A stretch of 63,250 nt of DNA, counting the filler, from Olpidium bornovanus S191 (lineage: Eukaryota > Fungi > Olpidiomycota): NCBI GenBank assembly GCA_017911155.1. It is 29 parts of 29 records of this genome, joined end to end, with 100 filler letters (N's around TTAATTAATTAA, not from the genome) between each part and the next. Parts side by side here need not be neighbours in the genome. Positions count along the whole stretch, not along the records: positions 22,536 to 24,288 come from JAEFCI010007432.1; positions 24,389 to 26,648 come from JAEFCI010011332.1; positions 26,749 to 28,618 come from JAEFCI010003433.1; positions 28,719 to 30,587 come from JAEFCI010012887.1; positions 30,688 to 32,249 come from JAEFCI010009680.1; positions 32,350 to 34,429 come from JAEFCI010008362.1; positions 34,530 to 36,373 come from JAEFCI010004231.1; 22 more parts are not named here. One strand, written 5' to 3'. The notes below the pieces were generated by a model that saw nothing but the letters and a program-made list of their open reading frames with translations, ran no database searches and was not told the DNA's origin. The translations under genes were made by a program, and so were the position numbers. Shown here piece after piece: positions 23,500 to 34,605 of the stretch (positions are counted from its first letter, which is position 1; each line of letters starts with the position of its first letter).

Positions 23500-24288
23500 C
23501 ATCGATATCACACAATCGCACATCCCGCAAACACCCGCCGCGGGATCCCACGAAATCGACGAACAACCACAACTCTAAAAACCGCCAGCGAATCCGATAT
23601 CCGTCCTCCCGAAACTGCCAACCAGATCACAAAATCCTGGTTGCGGGGAAAAGTTACACGGTTTCCGCATACAGTAAAGACACATGTAGAGTGATACCGT
23701 TCGTTTGTGTACCACATTGGAAGGAGCGTCATTTCGATCCAGAAAAGGAACATCGCTCTACACAGCACTCGAGGACGCGATGTCATCGGAGAGGTTCTCG
23801 ATATCATTTGAGGTGACGGACAAAGAGTGGGAAAACAATAACCCAAGGGAGTTAAAGTCCGCACACTTTAGAAACGCGCAACTACCACGGGAGGGCGCAA
23901 ACGTGACCAGATCCAACGCACCTGAAAGTAGACCAACTAAAAATAATCGCCTTCGACAAACTCTAAAACAAACCCGGTTACATTACCAAAGAGCTCTGAT
24001 ACAAAACCACCCAGCATTTGCATCCATACAAACAGCCATTTTCGAGTTTCGAGACGTCCCAGAAAACAATCTTCAAAATCCCCAGCATCGTACGAAAGGG
24101 TTTCCATACCTTAGAGGGCTCTGACGCAAAAACTCGTCCAGTATTTACGTTCTTCGGATCCGATGGTCATGCAAATAGCTAATGTCGCATTCCAAAACGT
24201 CCCCAGGAGACAATCTCTACAGATTAAGAGCATCGTACGAGGGGGTTTCCGCATACCGAGCGTATCGTTCGTAAGGAACTCTCGCACA
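23500..24288 (-). mobile_element. Probable LTR-retrotransposon 5' region (PBS-like site plus leader), non-coding
   Basis: The minus strand reads TTGTATCAGAGC at 24003..23992 (11/12 match to the tRNA-iMet PBS TGGTATCAGAGC). Imperfect ~60-bp direct repeats lie upstream (24054-24111 and 24197-24258). A downstream motif (23786-23802) is shared with 34952-34969. Confidence 0.4.
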
Positions 24289-24526
24289 NNNNNNNNNNNN
24301 NNNNNNNNNNNNNNNNNNNNNNNNNNNNNNNNTTAATTAATTAANNNNNNNNNNNNNNNNNNNNNNNNNNNNNNNNNNNNNNNNNNNNCATGTGTATTGC
24401 AATTGCCGGCCCGACGCACGTGCTGCCGTGGACGACGGGGTTGGCGAAGACAGTAATGCCAAATATCTAAAGCGGGCTATGTGCACGGATTATGTGGCAT
24501 TCGCCCGCGCACAAAAAGTTTGAAGG

Positions 24527-24562
<36 letters not shown>

Positions 24563-24619
24563 GTGCTCAAGAAAACGCACACCGGAACTCATCATTGATC
24601 CGACTCTGCAAATCAAGTG

Positions 24620-24910
24620 AATATGCGTATCCCACGAATCCAGCGAACTCGTGAATCCCGCGAATTCCAAAAAGGAAATTTGCGAAGCCGGGAATGAGGA
24701 ATTCCCGGGAATGTGCGAATCCCCCGGATCTGCAAGTCCCGCAAATCTACGAATCCCGCGAATCGGGCGAATCGGCGAATCTGCAAAACCCGCAAATCTG
24801 CGAAACCCGCGAATCTGCAAATCAAGCGAATCTGCAAATTCAAGTAGATTTGCGAATTCCGCCAATCGGCGATTTGGTAAATCCGCGCCGGGAATCGGGC
24901 GAACCCAGCT
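24620..24910. repeat. Degenerate 9-10 bp minisatellite (GCGAATC / ATCTGCAAA / ATCCCGCGA)
   Basis: About 25-30 imperfect units visible. Confidence 0.8.
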
Positions 24911-25097
24911 AATCTAGCTAATCTAGCAGAGGGAGCCGGAAGGTGCAAAGGTGTAGAAGGAACGAATGAGGTCGGGGGAGGGAGCCAACGCTCCGAACCG
25001 CAACGTTGCACATAACGCAGGAAGACCTCCGCCTCGAACGGAAGGAAGGAAAGAAAATAGGCGAGACCAAGGGGCCACCATGGCCACCATGATAAGC

Positions 25098-25432
25098 TGG
25101 CCGTCCTCCTTCCTTCCTTCCTTTAGAACGTAGTCCTTGGCAGAAAGAAGACAAAATTTTCCTGCCATACAGTGATTGGGAAACAGCAAAAAACTCCATC
25201 ACAAGTGGCGACACTAAGATAGCGCCCAGAAAGCCTCAATAAAGTAGATCCAAGCTACGGATGGTGGCCGTCCTCCTTCCTTCCTTCCTTTAGAACGTAG
25301 TCCTTGGCAGAAAGAAGACAAAATTCTCCTGCCATACAGTGATTGGGAAACAGCAAAAAACTCCATCACAAGTGGCGACACTAAGATAGCGCCCAGAAAA
25401 CCTCAATAAAGTAAATCCAAGCTACGGATGGT
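25098..25432. repeat. Near-perfect 167-bp tandem duplication (2 copies)
   Basis: Copies start at 25098 and 25265 (TGGCCGTCCTCC..GCTACGGATGG); three substitutions seen. Confidence 0.95.
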
Positions 25433-25967
25433 ACCGAAAGCCCCCTACGGCTTCGGAAAAGATATGGCTTATGGTAACCGGGGACCGCCTTACTTTGTGG
25501 CTCCCGGGGCTAAAATATGTACGGGCAGTGCACGCTCTCAATGGTTGCGGAGAGCGGCTCTTGTCACCCTTGGTAGCCATCGAGCTAAGGAGAAGATATC
25601 CCGGCATAACAATTCCCTCACCGTCTTTTTCGTGAAGGGCAATTAACCGGCGCCTGTTCCTTGAGCAGAAGTTCCAGACGATCAACCCTGAGAGAAAGCT
25701 TTGCGTTCCGGAGAGGCAGACTTGATCGCAGTCTAAAATTGCTTTCGCATCGTGCGAGAAAAAGCAGCCTTGTTTGAGGGTAACTTGTACGGGTGGTGCA
25801 CGCATTCGTGCAGCGCACGCATGGTTCAATCACGGGCACTTTTCCCCGGCGCAGCAGCTTCAAACTAACGAAGCCGAGTCTTTGCGCGCGCGCTCGTTTG
25901 TTCGCCAATTGTTGTCACATACGTCACTTAACGTGCCTCTCCCGTATCCATGTGACAACGGGTACCA

Positions 25968-26648
25968 TCAAAGTAGCTTCAACCTCCTGCCGTACCTCTC
26001 GTTCACGGCGTTCTGCACCCTATCGTGGATGACCTCGAACGCCAACCTCCACCGGTAGCTCATCCCCTCGGACGCGAGCATTAACGACGAGAGGACCATC
26101 CTTGCCATCTCCAGGTCCTTCGCCTCAACGCACCAGACAGCGTACTCCGCGACCGCGTCCACATCTTCGGCGAAAAGTGACTGGTCGTCTGCCGGAGAGC
26201 TTGTCTCTGAATTTTCGTTGTTCGATGTGCTCATCCACTCGTGCAAAACTTCCCGAACATCCTCCGGGGTTCGAGCACCGATAAGTGTCGGAGGCTCCGG
26301 GCCTGAAGATCCTACTTCGGTGCCGATATCGGACGCGGAACCTCCCGCCGGAACAAGAGGTTTCATCCTCGGCGGCGGCAGTGCTTGCTGATGTTGCTGC
26401 TGTCGTCGACGCGCCTTCCGGCGGAACTCGTGCAACACTTCCTCCCGTACGTCACTCGGTAACGCGGCTAGCACGTCTTTGTCTATAGCTTCCCCCTGGC
26501 TGTTCGTCCACTCAGCAACATCCTGCTCATGGGTGGCGCATTCTCTAGCAAATGGTTCTGTGGTCGGCTGTTTCTGTCTCTTCGACCATTGTGTAAGCGT
26601 CGCAAACCCCCGTTCCCTCTTGACAGCATTCCGCTTCGACAGTCTTCC
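25968..26648 (-). CDS. REV1: Translesion polymerase Rev1, C-terminus (UBM plus Rev1 C-terminal domain), 5'-truncated
   Basis: UBM-like IDKDVLAALPSDVREEVLHEF, then TPEDVREVLHEWMST..EDVDAVAEYAVWCVEAKDLEMARMVLSSL..WRLAFEVIHDRVQNAVNERYGRRLKLL*. Confidence 0.85.
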   Translation of the reverse strand, partial: GRLSKRNAVKRERGFATLTQWSKRQKQPTTEPFARECATHEQDVAEWTNSQGEAIDKDVLAALPSDVREEVLHEFRRKARRRQQQHQQALPPPRMKPLVPAGGSASDIGTEVGSSGPEPPTLIGARTPEDVREVLHEWMSTSNNENSETSSPADDQSLFAEDVDAVAEYAVWCVEAKDLEMARMVLSSLMLASEGMSYRWRLAFEVIHDRVQNAVNERYGRRLKLL

Positions 26649-26748
26649 NNNNNNNNNNNNNNNNNNNNNNNNNNNNNNNNNNNNNNNNNNNNTTAATTAA
26701 TTAANNNNNNNNNNNNNNNNNNNNNNNNNNNNNNNNNNNNNNNNNNNN

Positions 26749-27171
26749 CATGTTGCTGGATGACGGCGTTGCGGTGGAAGTCAGTGTCGACGGGATCAAT
26801 TGGGTAACTTGGATGTGCATTTATTGCCGTTACGCTCCCCACCCGCAATGACCTTTGTTTTATTCGGTTTGGGCCTGATACCGGAAGCCGCAGGGATAAC
26901 GACGGCTGTCTTCCTCGGGCCTCTCTGACTTTTTTATTTCCGTTTTTGCCCACGCGCTGCGCCGCCAGAATACTTGTCGCCACCTCATCCAGAACGACGG
27001 CCACCACGTCACCTTGGGTCTAGAGTGCGAGGATGCCGAGGCCGGCTCGGAGGAACCGGGAACAACGGGAGTAACAACCTTCCTCAGGGTCGTCGCGCTC
27101 CGAAACTTCTCGAGCCCGCTGAAGATATGTTCCATCAAGGTCGACGGAATGCCGCTGTGACGTATTCCCAC
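26749..27171 (-). CDS. Unassigned spliced coding fragment
   Basis: ..IPSTLMEHIFSGLEKF..PKVTWWPSFWM|SYPIDPVDTDFHRNAVIQQH with a GT-AG intron; no family recognised. Confidence 0.4.
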
Positions 27172-27823
27172 GGTCCCCTTTTTTATTTTTCGCGGTCTTC
27201 ATCGGTTCATCTTTTTGTCGTTTTCCCGCGTTGGTTGTTATCTCATTGTATATTGCAAGTTTTCTCTTTATATTTTTTTTTTGGTTTTCGCCAGCTACCC
27301 TCACGTTTTCCTCCACCCTTTCTCCTTCTTTCTGGAAGTGCGAGTTCTGCGTGTCATTTTTTTTGCATTTCTTTTGCCTGTCCGTTCACGCTATCTCCGT
27401 TCAATTCTGCAAATCGTCGCCTCTCAAACGGTTCGGGAACCGGGGATGTCGCCGGCATTCCGCGGGCAGTTATCCGTCAAACAAAAAAAAATCAGAAAAA
27501 TGTCCCCTCGCCGCTTTTTGGGTGGCGTTCGGCTCACCGCTCGATAAGCCCAGGCAGCCCAGCCGCGCCCCCGCCCAGCGACGAGGACAGCTGTTTGCGC
27601 CCCTGCCTGAGGCGGTTCCTGTCGACGTCGCCGTCGGGCTTGTTTCTGGTGCTCAGCTGGGCTGAAAGTCCAGGGCCGGAGAGAGCGCGTGCGCCGGGCG
27701 GTGTGTGTCCACTCCGCTGTCTCTTCCCCCCGCGCCAAATTCCGTTTCCTCCGAATAAAACTCCGCCCCCTCCCCCACACCGTCCGTTCCGCTCAGGGAA
27801 GAACCGCGCGCGAGGAGCTGGCA

Positions 27824-28423
27824 ATGTCGGTGACCGCGTCCTTCCCGACCATCGTCGCCATATTCTACAGCGAGTTCCACCCGGTGCAAGGCCCGCGGGT
27901 CATGTTCGAGGTGCCCGAGGGGTTTGTGGGCCTTGGCGGCGGCGCCGCGGCGTCGGCGGCTGCGGCGGCTGCGGCGGCCGCGGGCTCCTCGAGCCAGATC
28001 GGACAACACCCCGGCGCCCTGCCGTCGGCTGCCGCGGCCGGAACGCCCAAGGCCGGCGCGGCCGGCTCCCAGGGCGCGGCGGCGGCGAGCCCCGCGAGCT
28101 CGATGCCCTTCGCCGCCGCCTCCACGTCCCCCGCGGCTTCGGCGGGGGCGGCGGGGGCGGCGACAGCGATCGCGGCGCCGCCCGCGCTGGACTACGACGA
28201 GCTCAGCGAGTACATCATCCCCAAGTCCGAGCTCTGCGACAAGCTCATCACCCTGCGGACCGACCGCTACAAAGTCCTCGGGTACCCCGTCAGCATCGTC
28301 GACCGCAAGTACGAGCGGAACGCCCTGCTGTTCAACCTCGCGTTCGTCTTCGACCAGGACGCGGAGACCTGCAGCTACGAGCCCGTGGTGCGCAAGATGG
28401 CGCGGGTCCTCCGGAACTTGGAG
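27824..28423 (+). CDS. NPR2: GATOR1/SEACIT subunit Npr2 (NPRL2), first exon (longin domain)
   Basis: FPTIVAIFYSEFHPVQGPRVMFEVPEGF..LDYDELSEYIIPKSELCDKLITL..YKVLGYPVSI..KYERNALLFNLAFVFD..SYEPVVRKMARVLRNLE|GT. Confidence 0.95.
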
Positions 28424-28484
28424 GTAAAAAACCCTTTTTTTCGGCAGCTCTGCAAGCTTGCGTTTTTTCTTTTTAGAGAACAAG

Positions 28485-28521
<37 letters not shown>

Positions 28522-28575
28522 GGAACCGGCCCGGGGGGTTCCCCTTTTCCCGGGGCCCCCCCGGGGGGGCCCGCG

Positions 28576-28608
<33 letters not shown>

Positions 28609-28828
28609 CACACCCCCCNNNNNNNNNNNNNNNNNNNNNNNNNNNNNNNNNNNNNNNNNNNNTTAATTAATTAANNNNNNNNNNNNNNNNNNNNNNNNNN
28701 NNNNNNNNNNNNNNNNNNAAGACTTCGTCAGAGACAAGCAGGCAGGCCCACTGCTTCGAGGGATGCTCCTTTGATCCAACGGTCAACCAGCGAAATCGTT
28801 CGAGAGACAAGAGAGAGAACACGTAAAT

Positions 28829-29164
28829 TGTTGAGCACGTGGAGATCGGAACTCGGCATTAATCAGAGCAGCGGTAACACTCTAAAATGTCTTGGTGTTG
28901 ACACACTGCGATGTTTGACGTGGGTAGTCACCCTGCCAATGTGTAGCTACGAAGAGGAGGTACACCGAAGTGTGTTCCTCGAAATGGGAGCTCCAGCAAG
29001 CGACGTGTTGGAATTTCTCCTTTTCTTTTCTTCCTTCTCGTTTAGGTCCCCGGCGGTTAGTCAGAACCCCTTAATGTTTCAGTCCTTATAACGCGTAAAA
29101 TCCCCTGTACAATACAACGCCCCCCGTGGCGAAAACACATAACTTAACAGGTTATGAGCCCAAC
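28829..29164 (+). mobile_element. Copia/Ty5-type 5' LTR plus primer-binding site (anticodon arm of tRNA-iMet)
   Basis: ..CTTAACA|GGTTATGAGCCCAAC, with the LTR end CA at 29149 and the PBS at 29150-29164. Candidate LTR starts: TGTTGAG at 28829 or TGTTGGAAT at 29006. TATA-like CTTATAA near 29085. Confidence 0.7.
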
Positions 29165-29199
29165 TCGGACCTGACGGCGAAAGCTCGCAGCGCAGCTCC

Positions 29200-29750
29200 T
29201 TCCGCCGCCCGCCGACCGCTCTCTGGCCGCCGCCGCAGCGCCGCCTTCGCCGCCGCAGCCGCTTTCGGGCCGCCGCAGTATTCGCCGCTGCCGCCATCTT
29301 TCCGGCTCGCCGCCGCCGCCGACCCGCCGCTCTCCGGCTCGTCTCCGCTTCCCGCCGTTGCGCCATCGCCGCAGCCGCCGCAGCCGCCGCCACTTTCCGG
29401 CCGCCGCCGCCACTTTCCGGCCGCCGCCGCCGCTTTCCGGTCACCGCCGCCGCTTTCCGGCGGCCGCCACTGTTTTCCGGCCGCCGCCGCATCTCTCCGC
29501 CGCCGCCGCTGCGCTTTTCCGCCGCAGGCGCCGCTTTCCGGCTCGCCTTTCGCCGCCGCCGCCGCCGCTCACCCGCCACCTTTCTCTCGCCGCCGCCGCC
29601 GCTTTCTCTAGCCGCCGCCGCCGCTTTCTCTAGCCGCCGCCGCCGCCTTCTCTAGCCGCCGCCGCTGCTCACCCGCCATCTTTCTCTAGTCGCCGCCGCC
29701 GCTTTCTCTAGCCGCCGCCGCCGCTTTCTCTAGTCGCCGCCGCCGCTTTC
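29200..29750 (+). repeat. GCC-rich degenerate tandem repeats (GCCGCCGCCGCTTTC[C/T]..), with ~19-bp units at 29576-29750
   Basis: Directly visible; lies immediately 3' of the PBS. Confidence 0.85.
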
Positions 29751-29807
29751 TTACCATGCCTCTCGAGGACGAACGTCAACTCGACGGACAGTCAAGCGCC
29801 GCCAAGC

Positions 29808-30338
29808 CTAGCAGAGGCGCCATCTTCTCCATACGATCCAATAATTTCCCGGCCAGCAGAATGCCGACACTTGGGCAGCAAGCGATGGGTTGCAGTTGCC
29901 GGGTTGAACGACGCCGGCGACTGGTAGAAAGACGGTTGCGTTTGCCGCCTCCAGCACATGAAGCCTACCCGATCCAATGCAGATGCTCGGAGGTATCTCG
30001 CCGCAGGGAAGCGCGTGAGCCTCTATGAAGTTGATGTACGAGCTAGCGGCGGTCGCGTAGTTCACAGTCACACTCTCCATGTCCAGCAGGTTGGCGACGT
30101 ACCTACAGACGCTGGATGTGCGGCAGTGGAGCCAACATCCCTCGGCAGGGACGAACACGTATGTGGCTCCTCGGTATCTGGTCACACGGCGTTTTCCAAA
30201 CATCAGGTCCAGGATTATCCTCTCGTTGTCCGTGTACTCCGAGACGATCGGCCCACTGAGCGGGAAGTCGTCGATCTTTACACCAGGCCGGTCGAGCGCA
30301 TCGGCCAAGTGGTTGAGGTCAAGGTGCGCGAGTGCCAT
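29808..30338 (-). CDS. Intronless 176-aa ORF, possibly the N-terminal (D5_N-like) part of a viral or plasmid primase-helicase
   Basis: Coding-like codon usage. RVTRYRGATYVFVPAEGCWLH..SICIGSGRLHV..TVFLPVAGVVQPGNCNP loosely follows the D5_N/P4-primase pattern; no Walker A in frame. Confidence 0.35.
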   Translation of the reverse strand: MALAHLDLNHLADALDRPGVKIDDFPLSGPIVSEYTDNERIILDLMFGKRRVTRYRGATYVFVPAEGCWLHCRTSSVCRYVANLLDMESVTVNYATAASSYINFIEAHALPCGEIPPSICIGSGRLHVLEAANATVFLPVAGVVQPGNCNPSLAAQVSAFCWPGNYWIVWRRWRLC

Positions 30339-30869
30339 TCTGTCGGGTACAAGGCAGCGAGAGAGTGGAGTGTTAACCAGTTACATCCCACTACCGCGCA
30401 ATGGAGGCTTACAGTCGGCTAATCAATGACGGTTGGTGCCCGACGTGGACTGGAGTCGCACCGGGTGAGACCGAGGGAACGGGACACAGTGGGCAACGCG
30501 ACAAGGCCAAGATCCTCGTGCGGCTGGGCAAGGGACAGAGGCACATATGGTCAACTGTCGAAGTGTCATTCGCCTACGACGCCACCTNNNNNNNNNNNNN
30601 NNNNNNNNNNNNNNNNNNNNNNNNNNNNNNNTTAATTAATTAANNNNNNNNNNNNNNNNNNNNNNNNNNNNNNNNNNNNNNNNNNNNCCCCCCGCCCCCC
30701 CCTTTTTCCCCCCCCCCTCCCCCCCCCCCTTCACGTACGGCACACGTAACGCGTCCCCACCACGCCCAGTTCGCGACGGCCCGCGACGGCCGGGCGTCCC
30801 ATCGGGAATGGGTCTTGGATCGTTTTCATATCCTTGTTGTTCCCGCGAAAAAAAAAAAAATATTCATTA

Positions 30870-31076
30870 ACCAGCTCGTCCCGGCCCACTTCCCTCGCCG
30901 CCGCCGCCGCCGCTGGACTTTCTATCCTTTTTCTTCTGCCGTATCTCCCCCTCCTCGACCGAGCTCGCCTCGCCGCTGTCGGAGGAACCGGAGTAGTCCT
31001 CGTTGTACTCCTCCCCGACGTCCGATTCGGACTCGGCGACGAAGTCCTCGTCGGCTGCGGGTCGATGGCAAAATAA

Positions 31077-31116
<40 letters not shown>

Positions 31117-32204
31117 ACGTTACAACGGCCAGAATTTGCGTACGAAATATGACCGAGGATTTTAGAACGCCTGCCGCTAAACAAGCGATAACAAAAGATC
31201 CGCGGTAATAAGCACGCACGACTTTCGTCCGAATCCTCTCCGCTCCTGATAACGCCCTCTTCGTCCTCGTCGCTGAGTTCGGCGTAACCTGACCGCGAGG
31301 GCTGTGATGGGAGCGGGCGTAAAGAGGGGATGATTAGAGGGGGAAAAAAAAAAAAATCGTCCGAAGGCGCAAGTTTCGGGATTTCTCGGCACCCCCGGGG
31401 GGTTCCCCAATGTTTGAAAAGCCCCGAATTTGAGAACCGGTTAGGGGGGGAAGAGGAGGGGGGGTATAATCACCAGGTCTTCCTGTTCGTCCACGGTCTT
31501 GATGCGCTTGAGCTTAAGAAAGCTGCGGAAGTTCTGGTATTCCTCCTTGGATATGTTCGAGAACTGGAAATCGCTGCCGCCGACCATGTTGATGCGGATG
31601 TCGAACATTCGCGAGCTCGTCGCCGTCGTGCCCGAGCCAACCCGCGAAAACACCACCGACGCGACGTCCTGGTAGGAAACGTAGAGCGGCGGCTTCGGGA
31701 TGAACAGAAAACACTTGTCCAGCGGGTAAAGGTAGCCCTCGTTCGCCTTCATCGAGCACTTCATCGCTTGCTGGCCGTGGTGCCTGCAAGAGGGAGAAGC
31801 GAAGTCGCGTTATAAAAGAGCGATGGGCGGTGGAATTGGGCGGTCGCGCGGCGCCGCGACTCATGGATACGCAAGGGGTGCAGAGAGAGACCGACCCCTG
31901 GTAATCCTGAGCGCCTTCCGTGAGTGGCCGCTTCGTGAGACAGCTGAATATAGACCCGACCACATCGAACGCCCGTCCTTCGTAATGCCGCTTCATGCTC
32001 GAACCGAAGTCCCGTGCGATGTCAGTCCTTCACGCCCCGCCGAATTGAACTGTTAAAATCAAGATAGCGTTGCTTTCCCGTCGTCGCGGCGGCAAAAATC
32101 TCGAATGTAAACAGTAGACGCACTCCTCCATGGTCAAAGTCACGTCGATGTCGTCCTCGAATGGAAACTGCAGCACGAGAAACGGGTACCGCGTTTGTCC
32201 CTGC
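30870..32204 (-). CDS. POB3: FACT subunit Pob3/SSRP1, C-terminal half, multi-exon
   Basis: GQTRYPFLVLQF..; MKCSMKANEGYLYPLDKCFLFIPKPPLYVSYQDVASVVFSRV..FQFSNISKEEYQNF..; acidic tail DEDFVAESESDVGEEYNEDY. Confidence 0.95.
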
Positions 32205-32349
32205 CGAAGAGGAGGGTCCAGCCCAATCTACCGAAACAAAGGTCCGAAGNNNNNNNNNNNNNNNNNNNNNNNNNNNNNNNNNNNNNNNNNNNNTTAATTA
32301 ATTAANNNNNNNNNNNNNNNNNNNNNNNNNNNNNNNNNNNNNNNNNNNN

Positions 32350-33783
32350 CATGCTGGGCTAGCCGCAAACAAGAGGAGACATCTCGAAACGGCCCGCGCT
32401 TGAATCACCTTGACTGCAGCGGTATGATCCGATTTGGTGAACCTGGGGAGGCTGCTGCTGACGTCCCAGATGTTGATCAGATTGTCGTTTGCGCCGCTGG
32501 CCAGCTGGTGTCCGTCGGATTTCCAGGCCAGGCCGCACACCTCGCCCGTGTGGCTGAGCAGCTCTGCGACCCGGTGCTGTGCGACGCGGACATCGTGGTT
32601 GTGGATGCTCCCGTCGCGGCACCCAGAGGAGAGGATGTGCTCGTTCCAAGCGAGGACGCCGACGCGGGCCTGGTGGCCCGTCATGGACCGGACCTTTGCC
32701 TGCGCCTCCACGTCCCAGATCTGCGTGTCGCCCTCGTACGTCCCGATCGCAAGATGCGAGCCGTCGGCCACCCAGCGCAGCGAAGTGATCGGTTCCGGGG
32801 TTGTGGAGGTGCACAAAGGAAGCACGTCTCCCGAGTCCGCGTTCCACAGGTAAACCGACCTGTCCAGCCCGACAGCAAGCATGTTCCGGCACGACCAGTC
32901 CAGCAGGTTGAGGTAGTAGTCGTCCACCATTCCGGGCGCGTCCAGCACGCGCTCGGGCGTTTGCAAAATTCGACGCCGGATCGACGCCGCGGGACGGTTC
33001 ACCCGCACCGGCCGGCTGAAAGTCGTGCGGAACTCGTCGCCCTCGCTTCTCGGCGGCTCGGACTTGAACATCAGGATCCGTTTGTCCAGTGCCAGCCCGC
33101 ACGCACGGGCAATCCCTTCCTGATATGCTAAGTTTCCGCTATTCAGATACTCCTCCTTGCCCGGCTCGCGCCTGGAAATGCTCAGGTGCGCGGATGCGAG
33201 GCACATCGCTGATCGGTCTGGAACGAACCTGTCGTACTGGACGGCGGAGGTCGGGCGGGATAACGAGACGGGCGGCGGTGACGCGGGGAAGAGAGGGCAG
33301 CAGTCAATTTTCCGTGACACGTCTGCGAACGTCGGCCCGGCTGCGCGCTGGCAATGAAGCCCAACACACAAAACCGCTGTCGACGTAGAGGATGATGATT
33401 CAACGCACGTGCAAGCTACCGCGGCAAATCGCGCCGCGCTTTACGATGCCTCCGGGCGACGGCTGCGCGGGCGTGACGGAGGTTATTTCGCAGGCGACTG
33501 CAGTCCGGCGCTTCGAGCTCCTGAGGCGCCTGTGTGCGCTCTTGCCGACGGAACGGCTGGGGGTCACAGAGGCTCCAAAAATTCCGCGCGGCGTGAGAGG
33601 GCGGACGCCGTCGTCTCCGGGGGCTCCGGGCTTCATCTTCTGAAGCGGGGACAGGACCGCCAGCGGCGACGGCGAAGCCGCGAAAGGCGAGGTGGGCGAA
33701 GCCCGCGCCGACACGGCAGCGGAGTAGCCGGCAACCGCGTGCACCCGCGCGGCCGCCGGCCGGCGAGGGGTCTTGGGCGTCAT
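32350..33783 (-). CDS. CDC20: APC/C activator Cdc20/Fizzy (C-box, WD40), 3'-truncated; exact start uncertain
   Basis: C-box YDRFVPDRS, KRILMFK, RRILQTPERVLDAPGMVDDYYLNLLDWS, HQARVGVLAW, HTGEVCGLAWKSDGHQLASGANDNL. Confidence 0.95.
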
Positions 33784-34605
33784 GTTCGGCGAGCGTCTTT
33801 TGGCAGACGGAGGCGGGAACGGCGACGCAAGGGCCAGGGCGAGATCGGAAAGGGCGAACGCCGCGGGGGAGGCGGCGGCGGCGGCCTCCGAACCCGACCG
33901 CCGCGTCCGCTCCGGGCTCAGCTGCTGCTTTCGCTCGGCCACCCCCTGGGGAGGCTTCCGCCGGGGGGTGGCCGCAAGCCCGAGCGACGCTGCCAGCGCG
34001 GCCGCGTGGTCGAGACGCCGTCACGGCGTCTCCTCGGGGAGGAGAAGTGGGCGGGGGCGGGGGAAGGGCCGCAGGGCGGACGTGTCGGGCGCGGGGGAAA
34101 GCGGGGGCGGGGGGGAGAAGGCGGGGCGGGGGCGGGGGGTCCGCCGTTTGTGACACGGGAAGTCAAACAAAAAGACCGGCGGGCGGGGGGAAGCGCGGAC
34201 GGAGGGCCGTGCTACCCGAGAGCAGAAGGCAGGCGCAGAACGGCGAAGACTCCGGGCTGCGTGCCGGGCGCGTCCGGAGCCGTTTGCTCTCTCCTCTTTT
34301 CTTCGGTCTCTGGAGACGGGCGTGTTGCGGCCGGCGGCGCGGATGGCACGGCCGCTTACCGGCCTGTGTGGCCGTCCGATCTCGCCCCGCGCGCGCCTTT
34401 TTTTTTTTTTTTTTTTTTTTTTTTAGTTCNNNNNNNNNNNNNNNNNNNNNNNNNNNNNNNNNNNNNNNNNNNNTTAATTAATTAANNNNNNNNNNNNNNN
34501 NNNNNNNNNNNNNNNNNNNNNNNNNNNNNCCCCGATTTTTTTGTGGCATGGTCCTGGCACTTTCCTCTACAACTTTCATTAAGCGACCAGGGCAAAAAAA
34601 AAAAG

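Noticed and set aside
24620-25432. Possible CRISPR array
   Set aside because: No constant repeat separated by unique spacers; eukaryotic context; no cas genes
30401-30587. TGVAPGET..ILVRLGKG, resembling tyrosine-recombinase box I and the catalytic Lys
   Set aside because: The catalytic Arg position is Ala, an in-frame stop lies 27 nt upstream, and only 62 codons are visible
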